64,000 nucleotides of DNA, taken from assembly GCA_905178155.1 (NCBI GenBank), contig CAJINV010000003.1, forward strand, positions 6,939,612 through 7,003,611, written 5' to 3'. The DNA is from Amoebophrya sp. A120. Its lineage: Eukaryota; Protista; Dinoflagellata. The position numbers and the translations under genes are program-made. Positions 52,701 through 62,720 of this stretch are shown one piece after another. Below the pieces are notes generated by a model. The model searched no databases. It was given only the letters and a program-made list of their open reading frames with translations, and had not been told where the DNA came from. How positions within the stretch are numbered: the stretch's first letter is position 1; every line of letters starts with the position of its first letter.

Positions 52701-55700
52701 TTTTGACAAAATTTCAGGGCCGCGGAAAAGTATTCTTCGGCTTTTTCGTAGTTCCCGAGGCTGAAAAGCGAGAAGTTTAGCTTTGTTCTTGATCAGGAGC
52801 ATGCATGCGCTGCAGTATGCATGTTCGTGAGCGAATTCAAATCATATCGGTGGACCTTAGAACGTGTCAATTGCTTAACTTTATCTTTCGTAAAAGTTGA
52901 AATTAATCATGGTAGACGAGAGGACCGAGGAAGTTTACAAAGTCGCGACAACATCGAAAGACGATGGCGACGCCATGGTGACGATGTCGACCTTGCAAGG
53001 GGAATGTTGTAGTTTTTGACACATCGCGTGTCAATCCACTACTTGCAAGAGCAAGTATGAGCAAAATTATAGCGACAGCAATATCTACCCTGCAAAATGA
53101 AAATCTACTTCTCCTGTGTCTGTCCGTCGCTTGTATATCTTATCATTTTAAATTGTAGTACCTGTTATAGGTGTGCGCAATGTTTTCGCAGAGGGCGCCG
53201 TTCGGACCCAGCATGTCTTCCATCTCCAAGAAGAGCGGTAGTGCTTCTCGAAATTGGTTTTTCTTCCACAGCACGAAAGCGTAGGCCTGGATCCCCTTCA
53301 ATTTGTACTTGGACTGCGGGTGGGCGCGACAGACCGGCACGATCTCCTCCAGGTACTTTGCAAGCATATTGAGGCGGTACAGCTGAATTGAGTTGTCAAA
53401 CAGCTCAAAGAACTTGTCCAGTGTTTCCGGGGCGTTGAGTCCTTTCGCCTTTCGAAGGTCCAAAAATTCCCGCTCGAGAATCACCTCATCGTTCTCGTTC
53501 TTCGCGGCATTTTCCGCGTCATCGTCGGGGTTGAACTCGCCGCTGATCACAGACTTCAGCTGAAAAGTTCCAGCATTCTTGCCGGTGGAGGGCGGCCCTC
53601 CTGAAGAGGCTTCGACGCCGTGCGGGGCACTAGATAGCTCTTGCTGCATATGGCTGTTTCAGGATCGAAATCGTCAAAGGTGAGACGATTTGCAATGCAT
53701 AAAATGCATGACCCGAGGTGCGTGTGTTGCAGAGCAGGCAAGTGAGGCCGATTGTAAGCCTGTTTGGGGTTAGGGCTCGAGCTGCTAAAGTAGCAGGAGA
53801 AAATCGGTCTTCTTTGGCTAAACAGCATGACAAACTGGATTTAGGGACCACTAAAATTTGTCATGCGCCATTTGGGAACTGGGTTCCAACTGGCATCCAT
53901 TTTATGCATGACAAACCATTTCAACTTTGAGGATGTCAATCCTGACACATCCATACTGCAGGGAGCTCCGGAGGGCCGCGGCTTCCCGCTTTCCCACACA
54001 TTTCCACTTCTTCCCGGCGGTTGTCTTCACCAGCGTCACGCTCAGCTGTTTTTTGTCGACCTTCTTCAGCTTTTCAAGCTGCCAGGCGCTTTCGTCCACG
54101 TCAATCTTTCCGATCAGCTCGTCCTCAAACAGGAGCTCTTTGCTATGGATGTGTCAGAGTTGAAATCGACAAAGTTGAAATAATTTGTCATGCATAAAAT
54201 GGATGCGAGTTGGAACCCAGTTTCCAAGTGGAGCATGACAAATCTAGGTGGTCCCTAAATCCAGTTTGTCATGCTGCTTAGGCAAAGAAGAGCGATTTTC
54301 TCATGCTACTTTGGCAGCTCTAGCTGTAGCCCCCAACAGGCTTAGAATCGGCCTCACTTGCCTGCTCTGCAACACACGTGCCTCGGGTCATGCATTTTAT
54401 GCATTACAAATTATTTCAACTTTGACGATTTCGATCCTGACACTCCCATATTTGCCGATCACAACTTTCAGCGAGTCCTTGCGAATGTTGCAGTGGACGT
54501 CTCTCGTTCTTTGGCCATGTCTATTCGTCTCCCTGTGCTCGCATAAGAGCACTGCAGCAGCCGGGGCAGAGACGCCAAAAAGAAAGCGCTGCGAAGCAAA
54601 TGCAATTAGGCAAGAAGGCGCGAAGGCAAGGGCGAAAGGACCAGGCCGAGAGCTTTGGCGCGTCTATCCGGCAGGCGCGTGAACTCTCCGGCCTTTTCGG
54701 CAGAATATAGACGGGCTGAGGGCAGCAGAGGGCGCTCGTCTTTTCCCCTCGGCCCCGCTTCCCAGGGTCTATTTGCGGAGTTCCTTGAGCACTTTTCTGC
54801 GCTAAACTTTGCTTATCACGGTCGAAAAGTGGCGCTCGGTGAGTTTTGGGGTGAATTTTGAAAAGGACGCCGGTGAATTTTGTCCTCCGGCTCCTTTTCA
54901 AAATTCGCTAGCGCGTGAGAAACTCCGGGTTTTGGGGCTTCAACAAAGTGTCGCCAAAACAAAAAGTCCCAAAATTCACCAAGGGAATTCTTGACCTGGG
55001 GATCACGTCGAATAAGACTTGCTCCGGGGGCAAAAAGACACGTGGGGAGTTGTGAGCAGAGCACAGCAGGCGAAGCAAGCTAGCGCCCGCGGCCGAATCG
55101 TGCCTCCCCTTCCACCCGAGGCTGCTCCCAGATATCCAAGTCCAAGCCGAGCCAACCACAACTCGTGAGAGCATACATGTTGAACTAGTGCCCCTGTGTT
55201 CAGGCGTCGCCCTCCCTTTCGACCATTTCGGAGAGGAACTTCTGAGGCAGACGCGCAGAAGACTAAGAGCCCCCCGACCCACCTTCTCTGGTCGCTAGAT
55301 ACGCACTACACAGCCCGGCGAGCCCCCGCAAGACCACCTCTTTTGGTGCTGCAAGCGCCACCACGCGACGAGCAGCCCTTCAGGCTATGTGGTATGCTTG
55401 GGCTCGTGTCCATACGTAGCGCTCTTTTCTTTTAAGTAAATGCAAGTCATGCAATACAAACTCACTGCAAATTCACACTTCTGTACGCTAACGACCGTTG
55501 AAGACATAGGTTCTTTGCCGATCACAACTTTCAGCGAGTCCTTGCGAATGTTGCAGTGGACGTCTCTCGTTGACACATCCGGGGCGCACATGAAATCGAG
55601 CTGCAGCTCTTCATCGTTTTGGGAGAGCACAAAATTGCTCCCGCTCGAAGCAGCAGTAGAAGCGGACGCTGCGGGCGCAGAGAGATTGGAGCAGGAGCTT

Positions 55701-55729
55701 CCATCAACCATCTTCACAACTTGCGGCAC
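49789..55729 (-). CDS. CS (p23/NudC-like) domain plus TPR-repeat protein; 7 introners, 2 GT-AG introns (52298-52546, 52761-53161) and a 1-kb long-DR insert
   Basis: SQNDEELQLDF...DVHCNIRKDSLKVVIGKELLFEDELIGKIDVDESAWQL...LSVTLVK...W is CS-like; NIAHTYNSLGNYEKAEEYFSAAL is TPR-like. Exons join in frame to TAA at 49789. Start codon uncertain (GTG 55729 or ATG 55711), and intactness across 54451-55571 is unproven. Confidence 0.75.
49902..50254. mobile_element. Introner family B (orientation 1)
   Basis: TATGGATGTGTCAGG ... CCTGACGCTTCCATA; perfect DR cgctt; NEA|DQKR. Confidence 0.92.
50298..50406. mobile_element. Introner family C (109 bp)
   Basis: TATCCACAAAAAAACCACCATCCCCATCC ... GGATGGGGATGGTTGTTTTTTCCTGGATA; DR cgccg/cgcca; LSG|EQQN. 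Confidence 0.92.
50572..51110. mobile_element. Introner family B, degenerate and expanded
   Basis: TATGGAAACGTCAGG ... CCTGCCGCTTTCGTA; DR ttctc/ttcgc; AGE|FLCW. Confidence 0.85.
51187..51407. mobile_element. Highly degenerate introner-derived intron
   Basis: TAT...ATA ends with weak residual IR; DR lost (cggag/ctact); removal plus 5 nt gives EGV|ERLKKD in frame. Confidence 0.6.
51770..52128. mobile_element. Introner (singleton)
   Basis: TATGAATCGCTCAGGTGTT vs reverse-complemented end TATGACTCGCTTGGGTGTT; DR gccac/gccat; LQW|RMSA. Confidence 0.87.
53649..53955. mobile_element. Introner family B (orientation 2)
   Basis: 307 bp; perfect DR ctgca; SLQ|QELS. Confidence 0.92.
54144..54450. mobile_element. 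Introner family B (orientation 1)
   Basis: 307 bp; perfect DR tttgc; IGK|ELLF. Confidence 0.92.
54451..55571. mobile_element. ~1-kb insert (54509-55513) flanked by a 58-bp duplication of coding sequence
   Basis: tttgccgatcacaactttcagcgagtccttgcgaatgttgcagtggacgtctctcgtt at 54451-54508 and 55514-55571; interior non-coding with nested inverted repeats at 54838-54980. Confidence 0.65.
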
Positions 55730-56605
55730 TGCTCCTGGACTATATCACAAGAAAAATTGTACCCCTGCAACCTTCTTGCACTTGCTTCATCAATTTCTAT
55801 GAAGTTCCATCATTTTTTCTGTTTTTCTGTTTGAAACGGCCCTACATAACTACAAAAAAACATCTTCTGAGAGGAAACAACAACATGCGGTGGAGGTCGC
55901 CGGGGGTACAATTTTGATTGCGATACCACAACGCTAGTATCCGACACCATAATATCAGAATATAGAAGTAGATGACACTCCTGTCCTGGAGAAGGGATAG
56001 GTTTTCATCTGGTCTACAATTTCATGAAAACACGTCGACAAAGTTCATAACCATTTAGACGAGAAAAGGAAAACAAAAAGAATAAGAAACTTGGACTACT
56101 AACTTGCATAATGATAATGTGAAAGCAATGACAACGCTTGACTTTCAAAGTCACTTTGATCTTCTCCATCATATATTCTCCGAGGAAAATCAGAAACCCC
56201 TGCACGTGTTCACAAGTTGATGCGATCCTGATTCGGAGGACTTCGTTTCAAATGCTTGATCCATCATCCTGCAGAACCAGGAGCCGCTCAATCATAGATA
56301 CAAAGCACACCTGGCATCGTGCGGATGGTTCTGCGACGAGCTTCGTTTTTGCCGATGAAGAAGCAGAAGAAAAAACGTTGACATCATGCTCCTGAGAAAA
56401 GTGGTAGTGGTTGCAGCTAAGCTGCAGGAGGTGTTTCCTTGTTCTGCCGGGCAGTCACGATGCTGCACAACACGAACACTACGACGAGCACAAGTGATCT
56501 ATTGGGTTTGCGTCAAGTCGTTGGTCATGCGCACAACTCCGATTTGGAACCTTTCACTTTCTAGTGCAGCTCGTCGTGTACGTAGTTTGTCTTTATTGGC
56601 ATTTA

Positions 56606-59555
56606 TCAATTATACATACAAAGGCCCAGCGCTGCTTCCCGGCGCTTCGGACGGGTGTATTCCCAGCCGCGCACAACTCGGTGCACCTCGTGACCCGTGT
56701 CCTCCTGCTCATGATCGCATCGTTCGCGCATAGCAGCACAGTCACGAAAAATGTCAAGGTTCGCGGCTGTACGATGATCACTACAGTGTGAGTGATGCTC
56801 ATCATCATGTGATGTTCCATGAGCCAGGTGCTGTCCTCCCCGACCTGCTCCTGCTCCTTCCTTCCTCATGTTTTCAAAATTTACCTGAACGTCGCCGGTT
56901 GATCGCTCATGCTCGAGTAGTTTTGCGAGCATTGGGACGGGAATGTATTTTTCTTTCTCAGAAATCCAGTTCCAGTCGAGGTCCCCGAAAAACGCATCTG
57001 CACGGATATCGGAGGTCCGTCGCGCACCCAGCCTGTCTTTGGGTCTCTTTTGCAAAAGGTGTCGTAAAAACGTTTTTGCGTTGGGCGATATCTTCACGCC
57101 CGGGGGTCCTCGCACGGACGCCCGCTGCGTTGGCTTTGCTTCATACAGAATTGGATGAGAAGTCGACGAGCGTTTTTTTGACGTCCGCCCTGGCCCTCCG
57201 TCATGAGTCGTTTTTTCACACGCAGGAGGTCGTGCTGAAGAGGTACTAGTACCATCCGCCTGGTTAGCAGCTGCAGTGTTAGCAACGCCGTCCTCTTCGA
57301 CAATAAAGGAGGCGGACAGCAAATGGATGCGTCAGGTTCGAAATCGACAAACTTGAAGTGTTGGCTTGGCATGCGTAATAAAACCGTCCGACATGACCAG
57401 CTTGGCCCCGCCCAATTCTTAAGCGCCGCAAGCTAAATCCAGTCTGTCGCGCTGTTTGGAGAAAGAAGTCTGGCTCATCTGTCATGCTCCTACTTTAGCG
57501 GACTTATCTCATCTACCCCAAACAGGCTTACAATCGGTCTCACTTGCCATCCCCGCGAGGCAGGCACATACATTGATTGTGCCACCTACACCTTGCATTT
57601 TATGCATTGCGAGATCTCATTTTCAACTTTTGAATCTCTATCTCGAGACTGACGCTCCCATATAGCAAAACGTCGATCGGCTTTTCCAGGATGTTTCGAA
57701 ACAGCCGACGTCGGTCCCGAGTGTTATGGCGTTCTCAAATGTTACATTCTCGACTGTTACATGAATTTGCAATGCAAGAATAGCATGGGTCAGAGGGAGA
57801 ACCTTGCGCGTCGTGCATTACAGTTTTGGTGCAGATTCTAGTGCTATTTAGCCCTCCGAGAATTTGTCATGCGAAGCAGCTTCATTGTTTGGTGGCTCAT
57901 GGTCATTTTGCATGACAGTAACAGTTGAGAATGTAACGTTTGAGAACCCCATAAGTGTAAAAGGGGGGCGTGCCAGACAGCATCTCGAACAGTAGGACCC
58001 CGAGTCCATAAGTATCGAGTGTGTGTCCGTGCCCCCGGCGCTGCAGCATTTCCGGTGCGAGGTATGCCACGGAGCCGCAGAAGCTTTCGCCAAGTTGCTT
58101 CTTCGAGGTCGTAGTTCCTTTTTGCGCTGATTGCTTTTCGCGTTTTTCCTGCGGCTGTGAGATCTTCTGCTCCTGTGGCAGCGCCAGCGGCTGACCACAC
58201 TGCACTGCTTGTACGGTCGCTGGTGGTCGTGCAGACGGCGCGTTTGCAACTCCATTTGTGGTCGTGGTGCGCGTGGGCAACAATTGCTCGTCTTCCACAC
58301 TTGTTGCGACTGGAGTCGATGTCGCGGCTAGTATGGAAGCGCCATCTGTGATCTCGACAAACTTGAAAGTATCTATCTGTCATGCGCGAAGTGCTAGGCT
58401 GGACAGAATACGCGAATAGGAGAGCAAGCAGATGACGATGAAGACGATTGTAAGCTAGGCGCAAGAATCTGGCTGGTTACTACAGGGCATGCCATGAGCA
58501 ACCACATTTGCACCAATCAGCATGCCCACGCTCAGTCGGATTGGGATGTTCGCAAAATTTGTCACGCGCCGCTTACATATTGGTTTGGGGGCCAAAGAAG
58601 TCGAAGCGGCGGCGATGCTATGCGTCGCAAATTGTTTCAACCCCGTCGATTTCAAGCCTGACGCTTTCATAGTTGGGGAGGGGAGCGTCGAAGTAGAGTC
58701 GGCCGGCGAGGGGGCTTGGGAATGCCATTCAGATGTCGGAGAGCTGTGAAAATCATGACCGCGGCCCCCGGACGAGAAGGCTGCGCCATCAGCCTTAACT
58801 GCCGGAACGTGGATCGCTTCAGCGTCCGCTGCCGCGGCAGCCAAATAAGACGACCCGGTTGTGTAATTCAATTGCAGACTGAGTCCGAAATCCGTCAGGT
58901 AACTGTGTCCACGCGCATCCAGAACAATATTTTCCGGCTTCATGTCGCGATAAAGGATGTTGCGCTCGTGCAGGAATTCGAGCGCCAATAGCTGCTGCGC
59001 CGTGTAGATACGGGCGAGACACTCCGGGAACCGCTTTAGCTTCTGCAGTAAGTGCTGCATGTTGCCCCCGTTACAGTACTCCAAGCAGAGCACCAACTTT
59101 GTCGGAGTTTGAAAAGCGTAATGGAGCTGAATGATGAAATATCCACGAAAAAACACCCATCCCCATCCAATTTGTCATGCAAAACATGCGTAAAATCCAC
59201 TATTTGTCATGCAAAAAATGGATGGGGATGGGTGTTCTTTCCTGGATATGAAAGGGTGGTTTGTCACAAAGGACAGCACATTGCGCTCTGTTATCGCGTA
59301 GCGAAGCAACCCTCGTCGGCAGATTCGCTCTTTCGTCAGTACTTTCATGGCGAAATATCGAGGCCGAAGTGCTGAAGACGAACTGCTAGGCAACGCGCAG
59401 TTGGAGCTCGAGTTGCTGGCTCTGGAGGCTGCTGGAATCCTGGTAATATCCCCCGCTCGCTCGCGCTTCTCTTGAACAAGATACACTTCGCCGAAGCTTC
59501 CCTTGCCGACCTGGCGGAGGACGATAAAATCCTCCGGCCGCGCGTGTGGCGTCAC
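56606..59555 (-). CDS. AGC-family Ser/Thr protein kinase (S6K/Akt-like) with 4 introners; true N- and C-termini uncertain
   Basis: VGKGSFGEV, FAMKVL, HPF|IIQLHYAFQT, YRDMKPENIVL, DFGLS, SFCGSVAYLAPE, GTPPFY, LLQKRPKDRLG. Confidence 0.9.
57322..57662. mobile_element. Introner family B, degenerate
   Basis: AATGGATGCGTCAG ... CTGACGCTCCCATA; DR cagca/tagca; DVLL|SASF. Confidence 0.85.
57725..57953. mobile_element. Introner family D
   Basis: Same TIR as 26193-26473; perfect DR agtgt; PFYT|RDRR. Confidence 0.93.
58332..58671. mobile_element. Introner family B, degenerate
   Basis: TATGGAAGCGCCA ... TGACGCTTTCATA; DR gctag/gttgg; SPT|ATST in frame. Confidence 0.85.
59140..59248. mobile_element. 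Introner family C (109 bp)
   Basis: Homologous to 50298-50406; perfect DR tgaaa; restores kinase HPFI motif. Confidence 0.94.
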
Positions 59556-60379
59556 AGTGCTCGGAACCGAACACCGCCGCAGCAGAGATTTTTACCAAGG
59601 AGCGGCCTCGAGTAAAAAGAGAACTACAATTTCTTACCACTCCGGCCTCTTTTACTGAAGCAGTGCCAGTGGAGGTGTATGATTTTTCAATGCTGCAACT
59701 GTGTTTGTCTTTGCGTTTAAGTTTAATTATCATACGTGTGCCTAGTTGTAGTTCGTATTTTTTTGTGGTGCGTTGAGTCGAGTCACTCTAGGTCTAAGAA
59801 ATTCCAAAAAAAAATTTCCATTGGCGTGGCATGCTACTAACGCTGAAGGTCACCGCTTTAACGCTTTTCCTTTTGCGTCGGTCGCTTTCCTTTTTCTACT
59901 TGAGCGAGGGTGGGGCGTTGTGCTTGTGATGTGATGCCTGCGGCAGCTATGCTGCATGGGCGACGCCGGCGAACCCCAATCCACACAACGTCGCGTCATC
60001 TCCGCGAATCGTTAAAAGCGAGCCCGAGTCATTTAAAAATAACGATGATCACGCAGACGACCTCTCGCCAAAAAATGTCCGAATGTTGGACGAGCCCGAC
60101 GCTTTGTCTTTGCATAGCTTTTTTTTCAACGTTTGCAGCCCAATATACTGACTACAGGCACATGGGGAGCAACCCTGTCCAATCCTGAAGCTCGATAGTA
60201 CATAGCTGAGGGGGCGCCGCCCGGCGGGAGGCCTCAAGCAAATCTAGAAATCCCCGGCGGGGGGCCTATGAATGACGTTTCAGTCTCCAGCCGGAAATCC
60301 ATCACCACAGGAGTACTTAGGGCACCAGCTGTGCCGGCTCGAGATTTCTTGCTAGTGAAAAAGAAAAACGCGCTCACGG

Positions 60380-60436
60380 AACGGGAGACAAACGACCTTT
60401 AGTGGCTTAGCCACTAAAGGTCGTTTGTCTCCCGTT
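60380..60436. repeat. 57-bp palindrome (28-bp perfect arms, 1-nt spacer)
   Basis: aacgggagacaaacgacctttagtggct-t-agccactaaaggtcgtttgtctcccgtt. Confidence 0.95.
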
Positions 60437-60697
60437 TTAGTGGAGGATATATCATAGTTTTAGTAAAACTACTACTACGATATCCATTCTGCATAAGCAT
60501 ATCGTATTCAAGGGAAAGGGAAAAAAACGAAACCGGCGTTGAGGGAGATGGAAGGCGTAGGTTTTAGTGTATTGAAGAGAGATCGATCCAGCTTACTGCT
60601 CGGTTTTAGTTGCAGCATGGTCGCCATTTTACTCGAGGCCAGAAAACGACGGAAGAAATAGAACGCATCCAGCGGGGCGCCTCCTGGTTTCTGTGTG

Positions 60698-61819
60698 TTA
60701 AGGTTCTCGACGGGTTTTTCGTGCCGCAACAGCCCGAGACGAAGCGACAGAATTATGGCCCCGGACTTTGCAAGTCGCGGCACTCCTCGATAACGGCACT
60801 GCTTGAGAAGATGTAAATTGATTCTCGGAAATTACGGGAGCACCTGGTGCTCCACCGGAAGTTCTACTATGTTTAGATTCGCTCCAGGACGACAGAACGC
60901 CGCTGTGGGAGGAGATGTCACCAATCGATTTTTTTCGGCAAGCACTGCTCGTCGTCTTTTCCTGGACCAGTTTTCGGTCTGAGCTAGGGAGTGCTACTGT
61001 AACTGCAGGCGCTAAACCCCTAGGCTTGAGCGCAGGCGTCTGGCTTGAGCTGCATTCCCTGTTCGTATGGATTAGAAACGAATCGTCGTCGACACAGCCC
61101 TGCGAACTGCCTTCGGAAAAGGACCACTGACTGGTCGCGGCAGTCGTACTTTGGCCCAAGATCGAGGATGAGGAGCTGCAGCTCTTGTTTTCGCCAACTT
61201 CGTCGTCTTCTTCCCCACCATTTGTCCCCGTGCATCGGCTTGTGGAGGAGGCAGGAGAAGTGACAGGGGCTAAAAGCGCCATCTGGTCATTAGCATTACT
61301 CATCACCACACCGCTTTCTTCCTTCTCTTCTTCTGGCCCTCTATCGCGGGCAAGCTGCAGGCGCAAGACGAAATCTCGGCGGAAATTGCGCATAGAAACA
61401 GGCGCAGTTGCTGCAGAAGAGGAAACACTAGCGGCCCCAGGCGAGCGCTGATCAGATATATTAGATGCACTTTGATGATTTTCAGCAATACTAGCATCCC
61501 GATAGTGCTGCCCCTCTCGCTCGGAAGACGATACAACACAAGAACGCGTTGTCACCGTATTAGTCACGTTTCGGACATCGGAGACCCTTTCCGCGCCACG
61601 ATGAGGATGACTTTGCGTCGACAACTGGATGTTGCCATTCGTGTGGATCCCAGTATCTGCTCGACCGCCACTGGGTCGCGCACCGAAGCGCGGTCGCAGT
61701 TCACGCCAGAAAGTCCTGAAATGATACAAACACGAGCACCTACTTCCTCCACGCTGACTAGGATGATTCTGCGCAATTTCGTCCTGTGCGGCCTCGAGCT
61801 GCTGTTGATGCGCCAACAT
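60698..61819 (-). CDS. Ser-rich low-complexity exon of a hypothetical protein (possibly part of a larger gene)
   Basis: 373-codon open frame on the gene-bearing strand, composition like linker regions of neighbouring genes; no recognisable domain. Confidence 0.5.
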   Translation of the reverse strand: MLAHQQQLEAAQDEIAQNHPSQRGGSRCSCLYHFRTFWRELRPRFGARPSGGRADTGIHTNGNIQLSTQSHPHRGAERVSDVRNVTNTVTTRSCVVSSSEREGQHYRDASIAENHQSASNISDQRSPGAASVSSSAATAPVSMRNFRRDFVLRLQLARDRGPEEEKEESGVVMSNANDQMALLAPVTSPASSTSRCTGTNGGEEDDEVGENKSCSSSSSILGQSTTAATSQWSFSEGSSQGCVDDDSFLIHTNRECSSSQTPALKPRGLAPAVTVALPSSDRKLVQEKTTSSACRKKSIGDISSHSGVLSSWSESKHSRTSGGAPGAPVISENQFTSSQAVPLSRSAATCKVRGHNSVASSRAVAARKTRREP

Positions 61820-62720
61820 AGCTCACACCGTTATCGCTTGCTCCGGACAATGGAGGTGCTCACGCGCACCTATATTCATGTATGTGGCATGGAGATGAAA
61901 TTCAAGACTCACTCCACCAGCGCTATGTTACGTTACCACCATTCGATTTCAAGAAACGAAAATCGCACAGATACACTATATTCATTTTAATACTTTCTAC
62001 TCTGCACTACCAAGTGGATGCACGTGTGCCACCACTGTTTACTATTCAAGGTAAATTGGGTGTTGCGCTTGCGGTGTGCTGGCGTCTGTCTTACCACAAT
62101 CCTTCAGGCCTTCCCCCAGGCCCAGCTTTGTCCCAGGCACTACCACTGTTTCTTATTCTTGCCGTGCAGGCAGATGAAAATGCAAAAACTTTATGATTAT
62201 GATGAACGTATACTTTTACATTCGTCTCTCGCCAGCGCCGGACATTCATATTTCTGGAAAAAACTTCTACGTTCCAGCGAAGGACACTTTCTCATTCTCT
62301 CGTGTTGCAAACATGTTTCGTCGGTGCGTTGGTCACTCTGGCACCGCATAGGGACACTATCAAATTTAAATCCCGAAGGACAACAGGGATCGATGATTCC
62401 GAGGACCTCCGTAAAAAAGCAGTGCCACGAGCTTTACAATTTGATAACAAAGAACAGAAACATATTCGCTTCTTTCGTACTATGTGGCGTCGCACGTCTG
62501 AGACTGCAGGCCCAAGGAGGCGGTTGAGATTGAGATTACTTTTGGCGGTTCCAACCGAACTGAGAAAGGCCAACATTTTGAAAGATACCTATGAGATGCA
62601 AAACTACCACCACACGCCATGCAAATCGTTGCGCCCTCTTCAACTTCCAGCCGCCTGTTGATATCTGGGCACGACAACGGTTTCGAATAGAAACCCAAAA
62701 AGGAGCTGCTGAAGACTACA

